Sequence record: NC_054933.1
DNA length: 64,000 nucleotides
Source of the DNA: Escherichia phage teqhad
Strand: one strand, 5' to 3'
Of this stretch, positions 1-9,376 are shown piece after piece. The stretch's first letter is position 1. Every line of letters starts with the position of its first letter. The position numbers and the translations under genes are program-made. The notes beneath the pieces were generated by a model that was given only the letters and a program-made list of their open reading frames with translations, made no database searches and had not been told where the DNA came from.

Positions 1-817
1 TAACTTTGAAGCCAAAGCCATGCTCACCACAAGCATCATCCCATGTAATGAAGCCTTTATCTTCAAGTGGGTCTAAGATTTTACTCACATAAGTTTCACG
101 ATCATACTTATACGGAATCTCAGTGATATTCATTTGAGTTCGTGAAGTAAACTTGTACGTTCCACGAATTTCATATTGACCGTCAATCTCAACGACTTCA
201 CCACGAAATTCTGGGAATTCTACCTTCGGTTTAGTTACTTTCTTTCCTTGAATAGCTTGCAGTACAGCTTTCTTGACAGAAGAAACACTATGAGGAAGAA
301 TGTAAGTTGCATAACCAGTTGCAATACCGGAAACACCATTAAGAAGAACAGTAGGAATAATAGGCAAATAGAAAGCAGGCGGAATGTGTTCTTTATCTTG
401 ATGTACTGGAGCATATTCAGTATCTTTATATACGTTATAGAAATTTTTACTTACACGAGCAAAAATATAACGACTAGCTGCTGCCTTTTGGACAGTACGA
501 GAACCGAAGTTTCCTTGACCATCTAACAAAGGAAAGTTATTATTCCAAGTATTAGCCATCAAAGCCCCTGCATCTTGTGCAGAGTTTTCACCATGGTGAT
601 ATCCAAGGTCCGCTACACCACCTGCAATAGAAGCAAGTTTGTGAAACTTATCTTTATTTCCTCGTGCCAAATCAAGAGCTCGAGCAATAACAAATCGTTG
701 AACTGGCTTAAATCCATCAATCATATTTGGAATAGCACGATTTTCAACCGTGTACATAGCATAAGCCAATGCTTCATTATCAATGATACTTTTTAAATCG
801 CGATTATTCAGTTGCAT
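1..817 (-). CDS. 52: DNA topoisomerase II medium subunit (gp52), N-terminal part; 3' end lies beyond the window start
   Basis: Minus-strand frame open to the window edge; ATG at 817..815; N-terminus MQLNNRDLKSIIDNEALAYAMY... is GyrA-like. Not in the ORF track because it is truncated. Confidence 0.85.
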   Translation of the reverse strand, partial: MQLNNRDLKSIIDNEALAYAMYTVENRAIPNMIDGFKPVQRFVIARALDLARGNKDKFHKLASIAGGVADLGYHHGENSAQDAGALMANTWNNNFPLLDGQGNFGSRTVQKAAASRYIFARVSKNFYNVYKDTEYAPVHQDKEHIPPAFYLPIIPTVLLNGVSGIATGYATYILPHSVSSVKKAVLQAIQGKKVTKPKVEFPEFRGEVVEIDGQYEIRGTYKFTSRTQMNITEIPYKYDRETYVSKILDPLEDKGFITWDDACGEHGFGFKV

Positions 818-821
818 AAAT

Positions 822-962
822 TTACCATACTAGTGAATGTAGTGCCATAATAACATCAGAAATGAAAAGCACGACTTGAATCAATCCGAACATTACTCCA
901 TAATATAGTGCTACTAATAAAGTAGCAAGGGCTAATGAATAGCCCAAGATTTTCTTAATCAT
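822..962 (-). CDS. small hydrophobic protein (46 aa)
   Basis: Hand-translated MIKKILGYSLALATLLVALYYGVMFGLIQVVLFISDVIMALHSLVW; its ATG overlaps the stop of the upstream ac-like ORF. Confidence 0.35.
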   Translation of the reverse strand: MIKKILGYSLALATLLVALYYGVMFGLIQVVLFISDVIMALHSLVW

Positions 963-1113
963 TAGTAGATAACAACACAAATGTTAAATATGCACACATA
1001 CCCTGAGCTAAAGCTTGCGAAAACACACTGCTAGCATCGATACAGATAGTTAAAACACATGCTACTATCCAACAAATAAATGAAATAACTCCTAATAATT
1101 TTGCAATATTCAT
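955..1113 (-). CDS. ac: small membrane protein, Ac-like (52 aa)
   Basis: Hand-translated MNIAKLLGVISFICWIVACVLTICIDASSVFSQALAQGMCAYLTFVLLSTND; GAGGAAAAT SD before the ATG; size and position between ndd/stp and 52 match T4 ac. Confidence 0.45.
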   Translation of the reverse strand: MNIAKLLGVISFICWIVACVLTICIDASSVFSQALAQGMCAYLTFVLLSTND

Positions 1114-1120
1114 ATTTTCC

Positions 1121-1201
1121 TCACTGGCGTCCGAAGACGCCTTTAGTTTTAAGATTATTACGATAGAACTGCATCACATGTTCGTTATGGAAATTACTCA
1201 T
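1121..1201 (-). CDS. stp: Stp peptide (26 aa)
   Basis: Hand-translated [26 protein letters not shown], matching my memory of T4 Stp; the ATG overlaps the ndd stop (TAATG). Confidence 0.7.
1124..1140 (-). other. GC-stem UUCG hairpin inside the stp coding sequence
   Basis: Plus strand GGCGTCCGAAGACGCC, a perfect 6-bp stem with a UUCG loop on the mRNA, overlapping the stp 3' end and the SD of the ac-like ORF. Confidence 0.45.
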
Positions 1202-1656
1202 TAATATGCCTGCAAAACAAATTTAAAGTTATCAGCCAACATACGGTTCATTTCTTCAAGTGTTTGATACTCAGAATGATGATTACGAGTAAACGCCAAA
1301 GCTAACTGACCTTTTCCAAATCCTGTCGTCAGAGGTTTCATCTTAGAAGCAGGCAGATAAAATACTGTGTATACCATATTGTTATTTGCAATAGTACGCG
1401 CAAGTTGAGACCGGCGTTGACGAATATGACTTAAAACCGCACTAAATCCTTGCTTAGAACGCTGATTACCTACATAAAATCGTGCAGATACGCATGGATT
1501 ACTAAATGGACCACCGAGTTTACTCACTAAAAAGTAAAATCCAGGTTTAGATAAAATATCTTTATGCGGAGTTCCCAAAAACCATTCACCACCCTTGATT
1601 GTACCAATAACAGTTGCGCCTGCATTATTCAGATCAGTAACAGTCATATATTTCAT
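1201..1656 (-). CDS. ndd: Ndd-like nucleoid disruption protein (151 aa)
   Basis: ORF 1201..1704 in track; preferred start is the internal ATG at 1656 with GAGGAAA SD (MKYMTVTDL...); size and position fit T4 ndd. Confidence 0.6.
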
Positions 1657-1716
1657 ATTAATTTCCTCTAAATTATTTTCTACTCCAAGGCCGCATGAAT
1701 ACACACGGCCATTAAA

Positions 1717-1932
1717 TTAATCGTCGCAGTCGACGCTCAATTCCCAAAACTCTTCTACGGTATAAGTTTCAGTATCATTTTCAATACAGAAACGTTCATT
1801 ACTGTTATTTGCTAAAGTAGCGTTAACTGTCGGTTTCTCGCTAGTGCTCTTAAGAGGTGAAATACGAATTAACTGATCACCGTTATCTAAACAGAAAATT
1901 TCACCAACTTTTACATCTTTAAAAATTTTCAT
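1717..1932 (-). CDS. hypothetical protein (71 aa)
   Basis: ORF in track; GAGGTG SD upstream of the ATG. Confidence 0.5.
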   Translation of the reverse strand: MKIFKDVKVGEIFCLDNGDQLIRISPLKSTSEKPTVNATLANNSNERFCIENDTETYTVEEFWELSVDCDD

Positions 1933-2047
1933 AATTCACCTCAGGGAGTATAAAATCCAAATGCAGTTGTTGACCATCCCATCCAATATGGGAAATTTGC
2001 ACCAATGTAAAACATAAGAATATAAAACCAACCGCTCAGCAAATTCA

Positions 2048-2245
2048 TCATTTTACACCATTCCAAATTGTTTCAACCACAGATTTTAAACCATTTTGAT
2101 GAATATCAATTCCGACTACTGTCATCAAATAGATTCCAACTACAACTGAACCTAAGGCAAAAATCAGCATGAAAATGAATAAAGCCGGAAAAATATTATC
2201 GAAAAACCATTCAATAAATGTAAAAGCACTGCGTTTACGCTTCAT
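2048..2245 (-). CDS. hypothetical membrane protein (65 aa)
   Basis: ORF 2048..2266 in track; internal ATG at 2245 has GTGAGGAAAAT SD; hydrophobic core. Confidence 0.5.
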   Translation of the reverse strand: MKRKRSAFTFIEWFFDNIFPALFIFMLIFALGSVVVGIYLMTVVGIDIHQNGLKSVVETIWNGVK

Positions 2246-2252
2246 ATTTTCC

Positions 2253-2366
2253 TCACATAAATCCAAAGTAAACGTTTAATACATCAATCATTAAAACGAT
2301 TGGGAATATACTCAAAACTATTAGTATTATAACTACATTCCATATAGCTTTAACAATCTTTTTCAT
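2253..2366 (-). CDS. small membrane protein (37 aa)
   Basis: C-terminal part of track ORF 2253..2501 starting MKKIVKAIW...; GGAGGA SD; the early promoter cassette lies immediately upstream, so the longer track ORF is unlikely. Confidence 0.4.
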   Translation of the reverse strand: MKKIVKAIWNVVIILIVLSIFPIVLMIDVLNVYFGFM

Positions 2367-2392
2367 TTTCTGTTCCTCCGTAGTTGATAGGG

Positions 2393-2424
2393 TAATAGTA
2401 CCACGGAAGAACAGTCTTGTAAAC
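2393..2424 (-). promoter_or_regulatory. T4-type early promoter (GTTTAC -35 / TGGTACTAT-type -10)
   Basis: Minus strand reads GTTTACAAGACTGTTCTTCCGTGGTACTATTAC; one copy of the repeated cassette. Confidence 0.5.
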
Positions 2425-2609
2425 AACTTTTTTAAAAATATTCGTAATAAATGTGAATACCAACTACTACCGCTGAAACCTGTGCAACCCACCACGCACA
2501 AGCAATAAGTACAGAATTCAAAATTTTCATAATAACCTCATCACAAAAGTAAATGTTAAACAAATTACTGGAATACTAATTAACCAAACAAAACACCACC
2601 ATAATGAAC

Positions 2610-2873
2610 TCATAGTTCAATCTCAGCGATTTTCATTTCATTACTATTAATAGCCGCTTTAAGACTATCTGAAAGAATTACATTCCAGTGGTCATTCATA
2701 TGACCATTAACTAAGCGTGTAATTTCTTCAGGAGTTGAAAAATAAGGCTGATCAGACTCCCAATGCGATAATCCTAAGCGAGTATAAATCATGCCTTCAT
2801 CATCACTAGAATATTCAACTGACACAAACTCATCAGTTATTTTATGCTTAGCATAATAAAATTTAAATTTCAT
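2610..2873 (-). CDS. hypothetical protein (87 aa)
   Basis: Track ORF 2610..2972; internal ATG at 2873 with GGAGAG SD, downstream of the early promoter. Confidence 0.5.
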   Translation of the reverse strand: MKFKFYYAKHKITDEFVSVEYSSDDEGMIYTRLGLSHWESDQPYFSTPEEITRLVNGHMNDHWNVILSDSLKAAINSNEMKIAEIEL

Positions 2874-2904
2874 TTTACTCTCCAAATCCGTATCAGTTGA
2901 TAGT

Positions 2905-2937
2905 TGTATAGTACCACGGTCCTTGTGGTATGTAAAC
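2905..2937 (-). promoter_or_regulatory. T4-type early promoter
   Basis: Minus strand GTTTACATACCACAAGGACCGTGGTACTATAC. Confidence 0.5.
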
Positions 2938-2953
2938 TGTTTTGTGAAATTTT

Positions 2954-3511
2954 TTAAATGGAAAGATACCATCCGTTGTAGTTGCTTTTTCTTACAACCT
3001 TACGAAGGTCTTCTCTGTCACCGATGAACTTCGGAGTGTACTGGATGACACCTGGATGAATTTCTTTAGTGTTGAATATAATTATACAGTCAGCGACTTG
3101 ATGATTTAGAATGGGCCCTAGATTTATTCCAGAACCGTATGGATACTCTCCGCTGCATCCTGTTGTTACAGAAATCCAACGTGAGCCAGTTTGGTGTGTC
3201 TTAACTTCTACACGAAGCCCGCAGTATTTTGGATGCGCCAATACATCCCATGCATATGTGTAAGGATCATCGACATCTTCTTGGCCTTTATTGACATATC
3301 CGCTTAGCCAATCTGCCACGAAAAACTCTGCGTACACAGCGATACGGCATCTTTCGATAACTTCTGCTTTATCCTGGTTCGGGTTTTGTTTTAAAGAGTA
3401 TCTTGCTGTATCAGCAATTTTGACCTTCATTTCACTAGTCAAGTCACTGTTCGATAGGGTAAATGTCGGAATCTGAAATAGTCTCTGTAAACCCGGATTC
3501 GTTTTCTGCAT
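2954..3511 (-). CDS. denB: DenB-like endonuclease IV (185 aa)
   Basis: 185 aa ORF directly downstream of rIIB, the same size and position as T4 denB; AAAGGAAAG SD. Confidence 0.6.
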   Translation of the reverse strand: MQKTNPGLQRLFQIPTFTLSNSDLTSEMKVKIADTARYSLKQNPNQDKAEVIERCRIAVYAEFFVADWLSGYVNKGQEDVDDPYTYAWDVLAHPKYCGLRVEVKTHQTGSRWISVTTGCSGEYPYGSGINLGPILNHQVADCIIIFNTKEIHPGVIQYTPKFIGDREDLRKVVRKSNYNGWYLSI

Positions 3512-3575
3512 TTAGACTTTCCTTTTATGTCGGAATCACTGATATTCATATATAAATCATAATTTCTCTTAAAAC

Positions 3576-3595
3576 AAAAGGGCCGAAGCCCTTAT
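3576..3595 (-). terminator. intrinsic terminator-like hairpin (GGGC-UUCG-GCCC plus U-tract)
   Basis: Minus-strand RNA AAGGGCUUCGGCCCUUUUGUUUU just 3' of the 64-aa ORF. Confidence 0.55.
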
Positions 3596-3596
3596 T

Positions 3597-3791
3597 TTAT
3601 TTGAATTGTGCAATTCTTTTCTCTAGACATTCAGCATAAGATTTCATTGAGATGAACTGTGAAAGTAACAGTTCTTGCTCAACTGCACTAACTGTTAGAA
3701 ACTTTGCGCTTTCTAAAAATTTACTCAGTGCATTAATTTTGAGCATTAATTGATCGTATTCTTCTTTTACTCGTGCTTGATAACCTAACAT
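3597..3791 (-). CDS. hypothetical protein (64 aa)
   Basis: ORF in track, flanked by UUCG hairpins. Confidence 0.5.
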   Translation of the reverse strand: MLGYQARVKEEYDQLMLKINALSKFLESAKFLTVSAVEQELLLSQFISMKSYAECLEKRIAQFK

Positions 3792-3807
3792 AATTTTCCT
3801 TAATGTG

Positions 3808-3826
3808 ATAAGGGCCGAAGCCCTTA
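3808..3826 (-). other. intercistronic UUCG-tetraloop hairpin overlapping the rIIB stop
   Basis: GGGCCGAAGCCC core with no U-tract; more likely an RNA-stability or processing hairpin than a terminator. Confidence 0.45.
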
Positions 3827-4762
3827 TTTAAATTGTTCAGTAACGTCTTCAACTACTTCGTATTGGCAGGTACGCATTTTAGCATCGTTGTAATCAATCG
3901 GAATTGATACTACATCACGAGGATGAACTTTAACTTTTACAACTCGGCTGGTTGAACTGCCAAAGTGACGAATATAAGATTTAGAACACACATGCAGACC
4001 ACGAGAACAAGTTTGTGTATCATCGTCATTCACACGAGTACGTGGCATTTTAACTACTTTACCAGGACTGTTATCAAAGGTGTTTGAGTGACAGTCAAAG
4101 TAATTGCTGCGAACTACTTTCCAAGCATAGAAGTAACCATCTTCTGTAATTTCAATATCGTTTGCTACCAAGAAATCAAAGAGTCGAGATACCGCTTTTT
4201 GGCTTGGGTTTTCCAGCAGATTTTCCAAGAACGGAAAATAAAATTCAAAGTTTTCGCCTTTTTCCATCGAATCAAGAATACGATCAACCAAACCAGACCG
4301 CAATTCAATATTTTGATAGAACAGGCTTCCACCTTCAATTCGAACATCGCCGGAAATATATTTTTCAACAGCGCGACGAACATTAATTTTTTGTGCCGCT
4401 TCTTCCAGCTTATCCGCTACAAGCAGATTGAGAATTTCCTGGAAGTTTGAATGAGTATTAGGTGTTGCATTATAAGTTACACCATCGACAGTAATCGAAA
4501 TGAATTTTTTAGATGCATTCCAAATAATGTCAGATTTAGTAACTGGAGCAATAACTGCATCGCTATTAACTTTAACTGTAATATCACCGCTAATAGTAAC
4601 TTTAGAGCGTTTAGCTTCTTCAGCATTTTTCAAAACACGACGGATTGTATCAACCGATACACCTTGCCAATCAGCCAATTCCTGCTGAGTATAATTACCG
4701 CTTGAATACAGTTTAACAATTTCAGCTTGTTCGTTTTTGGTCAGGCATTTAATATTGTACAT
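3824..4762 (-). CDS. rIIB: rIIB protein (312 aa)
   Basis: 312 aa, N-terminus MYNIKCLTKNEQAEIVKLY...; adjacent to rIIA as in T4. Confidence 0.9.
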   Translation of the reverse strand: MYNIKCLTKNEQAEIVKLYSSGNYTQQELADWQGVSVDTIRRVLKNAEEAKRSKVTISGDITVKVNSDAVIAPVTKSDIIWNASKKFISITVDGVTYNATPNTHSNFQEILNLLVADKLEEAAQKINVRRAVEKYISGDVRIEGGSLFYQNIELRSGLVDRILDSMEKGENFEFYFPFLENLLENPSQKAVSRLFDFLVANDIEITEDGYFYAWKVVRSNYFDCHSNTFDNSPGKVVKMPRTRVNDDDTQTCSRGLHVCSKSYIRHFGSSTSRVVKVKVHPRDVVSIPIDYNDAKMRTCQYEVVEDVTEQFK

Positions 4763-4773
4763 AATTTTCCTTA

Positions 4774-6951
4774 TTAGGCCGCAAGGGCCTTCATAGTTTT
4801 AGCGATTTGGGAAACTTCATCATCACTTAAAGAGTTGCGATATCCGATGAAGTCGGAAACAATACGGAATTTCTTGGTAAACTCAGCAACCATTTTATCA
4901 CTGTTTTTTGAAGCATTATTTGATAATACATCAAAAAGATTAGTTACTGTCCAGATATCATGACCGATGGTATCTTTTCCACCATTAAAATATACACCGC
5001 GCAATGAACTAACTATATTAGCGAGTCGTGTATATTCTTCAGAAACTTCATCTGTACTGAAGTACTTCATCATAAAATCTAGTTCAGGATACTTGATAAT
5101 TTTATCAATATATCGTTGAGCTGAACTTGAATAACCTACATACTTATCATAATCTACATCATCAAAAGCATCTACATATAAATCACGCAAAGCTTCAAAA
5201 ATACATTGGCACTGACCGAGTTCTTTTACCTTTTTCTGTAAAAGCGGACGAATAACATAAAATTCATTAATGCCAATAAGATTAGCCATACGAATCAAAA
5301 TATTCATAGATGGATGACAAAGTGATGTAGTACCATCCATAGAGAAAATATCAGAACGATGCATATACGCTACATAACCAGTAATTTCATCTGCTTCTGA
5401 CGTAAGTGTAAATAGTTCCTCTTTTTCCCATCGCCCATCTTTAATTTCAAATTTAAATGCTGTAGCAGCTTTAGGACGAGGAGCTTTACTTTTAACTGCC
5501 TTCGGAATATAACTTTTAACTAAAGCTTCAATTTCTGACAAATAATGAATGTTAACTTCATCACTTTCAAACATTGCCATAATATCAGGAAGTAAATCAA
5601 TCTGCGATTCTACTTCCGGATTAATAAACAGAAGACGCTCATTATGATGAATATTCAAAGTGTTATTAAATTCACTATCATCTAACGCATGCGCTAATCC
5701 ACGGACAATATTAACACGATTTTTAATATTATCAATAACGATATTAATTTTTGTTGTATTAATACCAAACAGACGATAACTTGATGCAACGGCTGAAGTT
5801 TCATGGCTTTGCTTAATGCGTTTCAGTCGAGGGTCAAGATTTACTTCATACACAACTCCTGCATTGCATAACTTACTGTCAGGTTCAAACATGCTCTGCA
5901 TTTTCTTATATGACAGATTTTTAGTCGTGAATTTGACTGAATTACTAATCATATAATCTCGAGCAGAATACCCCATCTTCATCAATTCACGATATGTGTG
6001 ACGAGGAGATGTAGATTCTTTAAATCGTTTTACATCTTCATTAAATGCTTTCTCACTAAGCTCTTTAACTCGTTCAATAATATTTTTACGAGTGCGATCA
6101 TCTAATGAAAGAGCTTCACGTGATGGAGCAATATCAAGTGAACCCATTGGAAATTTAATGTAATTCACTTCATTACGAATGCTTAGCCAGTTACGGTCTC
6201 TAATAACACCATCGATAGGATAAACAATACCACCATAGATAGCATATAATCCACCACGATCAGGCCAGTATCTTTCTGGATTTACACCGTAATAGTCATC
6301 AAAATCCGGAAAATAATCAATTTCACGGTCAAGACCATTAATAATAGCTAAATCTTTGAACGGTCGCATGATATAAGAAACTTCATAAGCAAAGTTGCTA
6401 AAATCTTTTTCTTCAACTGGAACTACAATTTCAATACCAGTTTTATCATCTGGACCCATTTCTTTCACGAATGTAGGTTTAATTTGTGGACCATCGCCAT
6501 CCATGTAAGCTACATAACCACGAATTTCACCTTTATGATACGAAGTAATACTAAATGTATCAGTATAACTAAACGGAGATTTAGAACCTAAACCAAATCC
6601 GCCAATGAAATCGTTAGATTCAGCCTTAGATGAACTGAAGTATGAATTATACAAACCAGGAGAATTATCATCACCCTGAATATCAAAATCACTCATACCC
6701 GGACCAAAATCTCGGCAAACAAATCGTGGATCTAAACGTCCAGGAACTTGAATGATAAATTTTTCAGGATTTCCATTGAGAGCATGGGCATCAATCATGT
6801 TGGTAATCAATTCACGAACAACTGCGCGAATTTTGTTTGTATACAAATCAGATGACAGAATTTTAAATACTTTAGGAGATGCTGTGATGCTAAATGCTTT
6901 TGATTTAGAACCATTACCAAGAATTGTTTCTTTTTCAGTGGTGATAATCAT
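4774..6951 (-). CDS. rIIA: rIIA protein (725 aa)
   Basis: 725 aa ORF, GAGGAAATT SD; size and synteny match T4 rIIA. Confidence 0.9.
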   Translation of the reverse strand: MIITTEKETILGNGSKSKAFSITASPKVFKILSSDLYTNKIRAVVRELITNMIDAHALNGNPEKFIIQVPGRLDPRFVCRDFGPGMSDFDIQGDDNSPGLYNSYFSSSKAESNDFIGGFGLGSKSPFSYTDTFSITSYHKGEIRGYVAYMDGDGPQIKPTFVKEMGPDDKTGIEIVVPVEEKDFSNFAYEVSYIMRPFKDLAIINGLDREIDYFPDFDDYYGVNPERYWPDRGGLYAIYGGIVYPIDGVIRDRNWLSIRNEVNYIKFPMGSLDIAPSREALSLDDRTRKNIIERVKELSEKAFNEDVKRFKESTSPRHTYRELMKMGYSARDYMISNSVKFTTKNLSYKKMQSMFEPDSKLCNAGVVYEVNLDPRLKRIKQSHETSAVASSYRLFGINTTKINIVIDNIKNRVNIVRGLAHALDDSEFNNTLNIHHNERLLFINPEVESQIDLLPDIMAMFESDEVNIHYLSEIEALVKSYIPKAVKSKAPRPKAATAFKFEIKDGRWEKEELFTLTSEADEITGYVAYMHRSDIFSMDGTTSLCHPSMNILIRMANLIGINEFYVIRPLLQKKVKELGQCQCIFEALRDLYVDAFDDVDYDKYVGYSSSAQRYIDKIIKYPELDFMMKYFSTDEVSEEYTRLANIVSSLRGVYFNGGKDTIGHDIWTVTNLFDVLSNNASKNSDKMVAEFTKKFRIVSDFIGYRNSLSDDEVSQIAKTMKALAA
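4778..4795 (-). other. intercistronic hairpin between rIIA and rIIB
   Basis: GGCCGCAAGGGCC, a GC stem with a small loop, directly 3' of the rIIA stop and 5' of the rIIB SD. Confidence 0.4.
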
Positions 6952-6961
6952 AATTTCCTCA

Positions 6962-7165
6962 TTAATTCATATTACGCTTAATAACTTCAGCAACTTCTAG
7001 TAGTTCATCTTTAGTTGCGGTGTCGGATTGAATTTTATCTCTAATATCTTTAAAGCGGTTTTTAAATTCTTCGGCTTCTCCCATATCGAAAAAGCGTTGA
7101 ATGATTCTATATTCTCGATGAACTGCTTTATCAAAAAGTTCTAAATTTACTCTATATGATTTCAT
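6962..7165 (-). CDS. rIIA.1-like small protein (67 aa)
   Basis: Track ORF between 39 and rIIA. Confidence 0.55.
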   Translation of the reverse strand: MKSYRVNLELFDKAVHREYRIIQRFFDMGEAEEFKNRFKDIRDKIQSDTATKDELLEVAEVIKRNMN

Positions 7166-7190
7166 TTCAATATCCTCATTTGCCCAATTA

Positions 7191-7220
7191 ATTATACCAC
7201 ATCCTTGTGGTAAAGTAAAC
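7191..7220 (-). promoter_or_regulatory. T4-type early promoter (overlaps the 3' end of gene 39)
   Basis: Minus strand GTTTACTTTACCACAAGGATGTGGTATAAT; near-identical copy at 54092..54121. Confidence 0.55.
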
Positions 7221-9037
7221 TACTGGCTCATCCATTCTTTGCGAAGGTCAGCATTATCTCCCATGAGCATTTCAAAAAGCTCTTTCCAGTTCTCAGGAAG
7301 TTTAACAACATCATATACTGGATTTTGAATCATCTCACGATATTCAGATTTTTCCAAAGAGCCAAGTCCTTTAATATAACGGATGCTATGTTTAGGTAGA
7401 GCATCTTTGGCACTCTCATATTCAGCGACTGTATAAAACCATTCTTGTTTTTTACCGACCTGAGCGATGATTACAGGAGTTTTGACAAAGCGAATTCGTC
7501 CTTGCTCAAACAATTCTGGCCAATTACTAAAAAACCCGAGCAGAGAAGGATAAATGCTTCCTAGACCATCATGGTCAGCATCAGTCATAATAGCAATATT
7601 ATGATAATTCAAGTTTTCAGCTTTTTCACCAAGAACTAATCCAGTGATTGCGCAAATATCAAACAGTTCTTTGTTTTTAAGCATATCAGCATATGACATA
7701 CCCCAGCTGTTAAGAACTTTACCACGCAATGGATAACCACCATGAAGTTCTTTATCACGAACATCAATAAGATATCCGATAGCAGAATCACCCTCAGTCA
7801 AGAAAAGAGTAGTATCAGCATCTTTACCGCAAAGATTCGCTTTGATATGTTTATGAACCTTAGCTTTAGAAGCCTTTTTAGCTGCTTTAGTTTCTGCTGC
7901 TTTTTCTGCTGCCAATTTACGAGCTAATGCTGCTTCAATAATTGGCATCAAAATTGCTTCATTATTTAGAATAGCGCGTGAAATCTTTTTAGCATCAAGT
8001 TGAATATGACTACGGATTTCACCAAATGGAGAAGTCAAACGCTCTTTAGTTTGAGAATCAAATCGCATGTTTTTCATATCACGAACAAACATAACGATAG
8101 TCAAACATTCTTTGACACGTGCTTTAGTTACATCAATTTTGAACTTACGTTTGATTTGTGGAATAAGGTCTTCACAAATATCATCCATAACACAGTCAAT
8201 GTGATGGCCACCATTCTTAGTGTGAATGTTATTCACGTAAGTTAATTGACGAAATCCATCCGGTGAACGACCAACCGCAATAGAACAATTTTCTTGTTCT
8301 TGAACGATAGCATGTTCATCATACTGTCGTGCATATTTCTTAAAATTGCCCTGAACCTTTTTACCATTAAAGGTAAATTGAATATCAGGATAAACAACAG
8401 CAAGTGTCTGGAGACGATCTAGCGTAATATCAAGATAAACTTGGGACAGCTCATTAGTTTCAAATGACATAAAATCAGGAATGAAAGTAACACGAGTTCC
8501 TTTCCATTTTCCAGGAATAGTTTCCCAGGATTTATTTTCCATGCCGTTTGAACAACGAACTACAATATTATTTTGACCATCGCCAGTTTCACCAACAAAC
8601 ATCACAGAAAAAATGTTTGTCAAACTAGAACCAACACCATTCATACCACCGGTGACGCGTTCTTTATCATCACCGAAGTTACCACCTGCTTTTGGAATAG
8701 TCCACGCAGCAACAGGACCAGGAATTTCTTCACCGGTAGGTGTTTTAACCATCGCTTGTGGAATACCGCGACCATTATCTTCAACTGTTACTTGATTGTT
8801 TTTAATAGTAACATTAATTTTATTTGCGAATTTAAACTTAGTACGAATACCTTCATCTACTGAGTTATCGATAATTTCATCAATAAGCTTAACAAGACCA
8901 GGTACATACTGAACACTTTCCCATTTACCAAACAGAAAGCGCTCATGCATTTCATTAGCAGAAGAGCCAATATACATGCCGCTACGCTTTTTGATATGTT
9001 CAATATCGCTCAGAATTTTAATTTCATTCTTAATCAT
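7220..9037 (-). CDS. 39: DNA topoisomerase II large subunit, uninterrupted (605 aa; equivalent to T4 gp39 plus gp60 as one ORF)
   Basis: Continuous ORF; ATG at 9037 with GAGGA SD; MIKNEIKILSDIEHIKKRSGMYIGS..., GyrB-like ATPase and TOPRIM. Confidence 0.9.
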   Translation of the reverse strand: MIKNEIKILSDIEHIKKRSGMYIGSSANEMHERFLFGKWESVQYVPGLVKLIDEIIDNSVDEGIRTKFKFANKINVTIKNNQVTVEDNGRGIPQAMVKTPTGEEIPGPVAAWTIPKAGGNFGDDKERVTGGMNGVGSSLTNIFSVMFVGETGDGQNNIVVRCSNGMENKSWETIPGKWKGTRVTFIPDFMSFETNELSQVYLDITLDRLQTLAVVYPDIQFTFNGKKVQGNFKKYARQYDEHAIVQEQENCSIAVGRSPDGFRQLTYVNNIHTKNGGHHIDCVMDDICEDLIPQIKRKFKIDVTKARVKECLTIVMFVRDMKNMRFDSQTKERLTSPFGEIRSHIQLDAKKISRAILNNEAILMPIIEAALARKLAAEKAAETKAAKKASKAKVHKHIKANLCGKDADTTLFLTEGDSAIGYLIDVRDKELHGGYPLRGKVLNSWGMSYADMLKNKELFDICAITGLVLGEKAENLNYHNIAIMTDADHDGLGSIYPSLLGFFSNWPELFEQGRIRFVKTPVIIAQVGKKQEWFYTVAEYESAKDALPKHSIRYIKGLGSLEKSEYREMIQNPVYDVVKLPENWKELFEMLMGDNADLRKEWMSQ

Positions 9038-9064
9038 CACTTATCCTCGTTTGGTTTCGGGAAT

Positions 9065-9090
9065 ATTATACTCCGGTAATCATAAAGCTA
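9065..9090 (-). promoter_or_regulatory. middle-promoter-like element (MotA-box-like AGCTTTA, 12 bp, TATAAT)
   Basis: Minus strand AGCTTTATGATTACCGGAGTATAAT upstream of gene 39. Confidence 0.4.
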
Positions 9091-9110
9091 AAGGCCCGAA
9101 GGCCTTTTAT
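9088..9110 (-). terminator. hairpin AAAGGCC-UUCG-GGCCUUU
   Basis: Overlaps the stop of the lipoprotein ORF; followed by U-rich sequence. Confidence 0.45.
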
Positions 9111-9376
9111 TTAAAACGGATAGTCGAATCTTTGAAGAATAGACCAGAACATACTGTTCCTTCTACTTTCTGCCCGGTAGGTCCAACAGCACGAAATCCA
9201 GTATGTTGGAAATCATTTTCAGAACAACCGAACCAATTATATCCAGTGATTTCAATATTAGTAAAACCACTTGAAGACAAAACTTTGGTTGCATTATCAG
9301 CATCAGTACATCCTACTAAAGACACTGTTAATACTAATGCTGCAATAGAACGATTAATATATTTCATAATTTTCAC
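9107..9376 (-). CDS. putative lipoprotein (89 aa)
   Basis: Signal peptide with lipobox ...LTVSLVGC. Confidence 0.55.
   Translation of the reverse strand: MKIMKYINRSIAALVLTVSLVGCTDADNATKVLSSSGFTNIEITGYNWFGCSENDFQHTGFRAVGPTGQKVEGTVCSGLFFKDSTIRFK

Noticed and set aside
176-796. Plus-strand track ORFs 176..526 and 575..796
   Set aside because: They lie antisense to the well-supported gene 52 frame and have no SD; shadow ORFs.
4088-4705. Plus- and minus-strand track ORFs inside rIIB (4088..4450, 4162..4386, 4165..4383, 4451..4705, 4500..4688)
   Set aside because: All fall within the rIIB coding frame on the opposite strand or in alternative frames; low-complexity translations.
7220-9037. Search for the gene-60 translational bypass element
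   Set aside because: Gene 39 is a continuous ORF, so no bypass is needed or visible.
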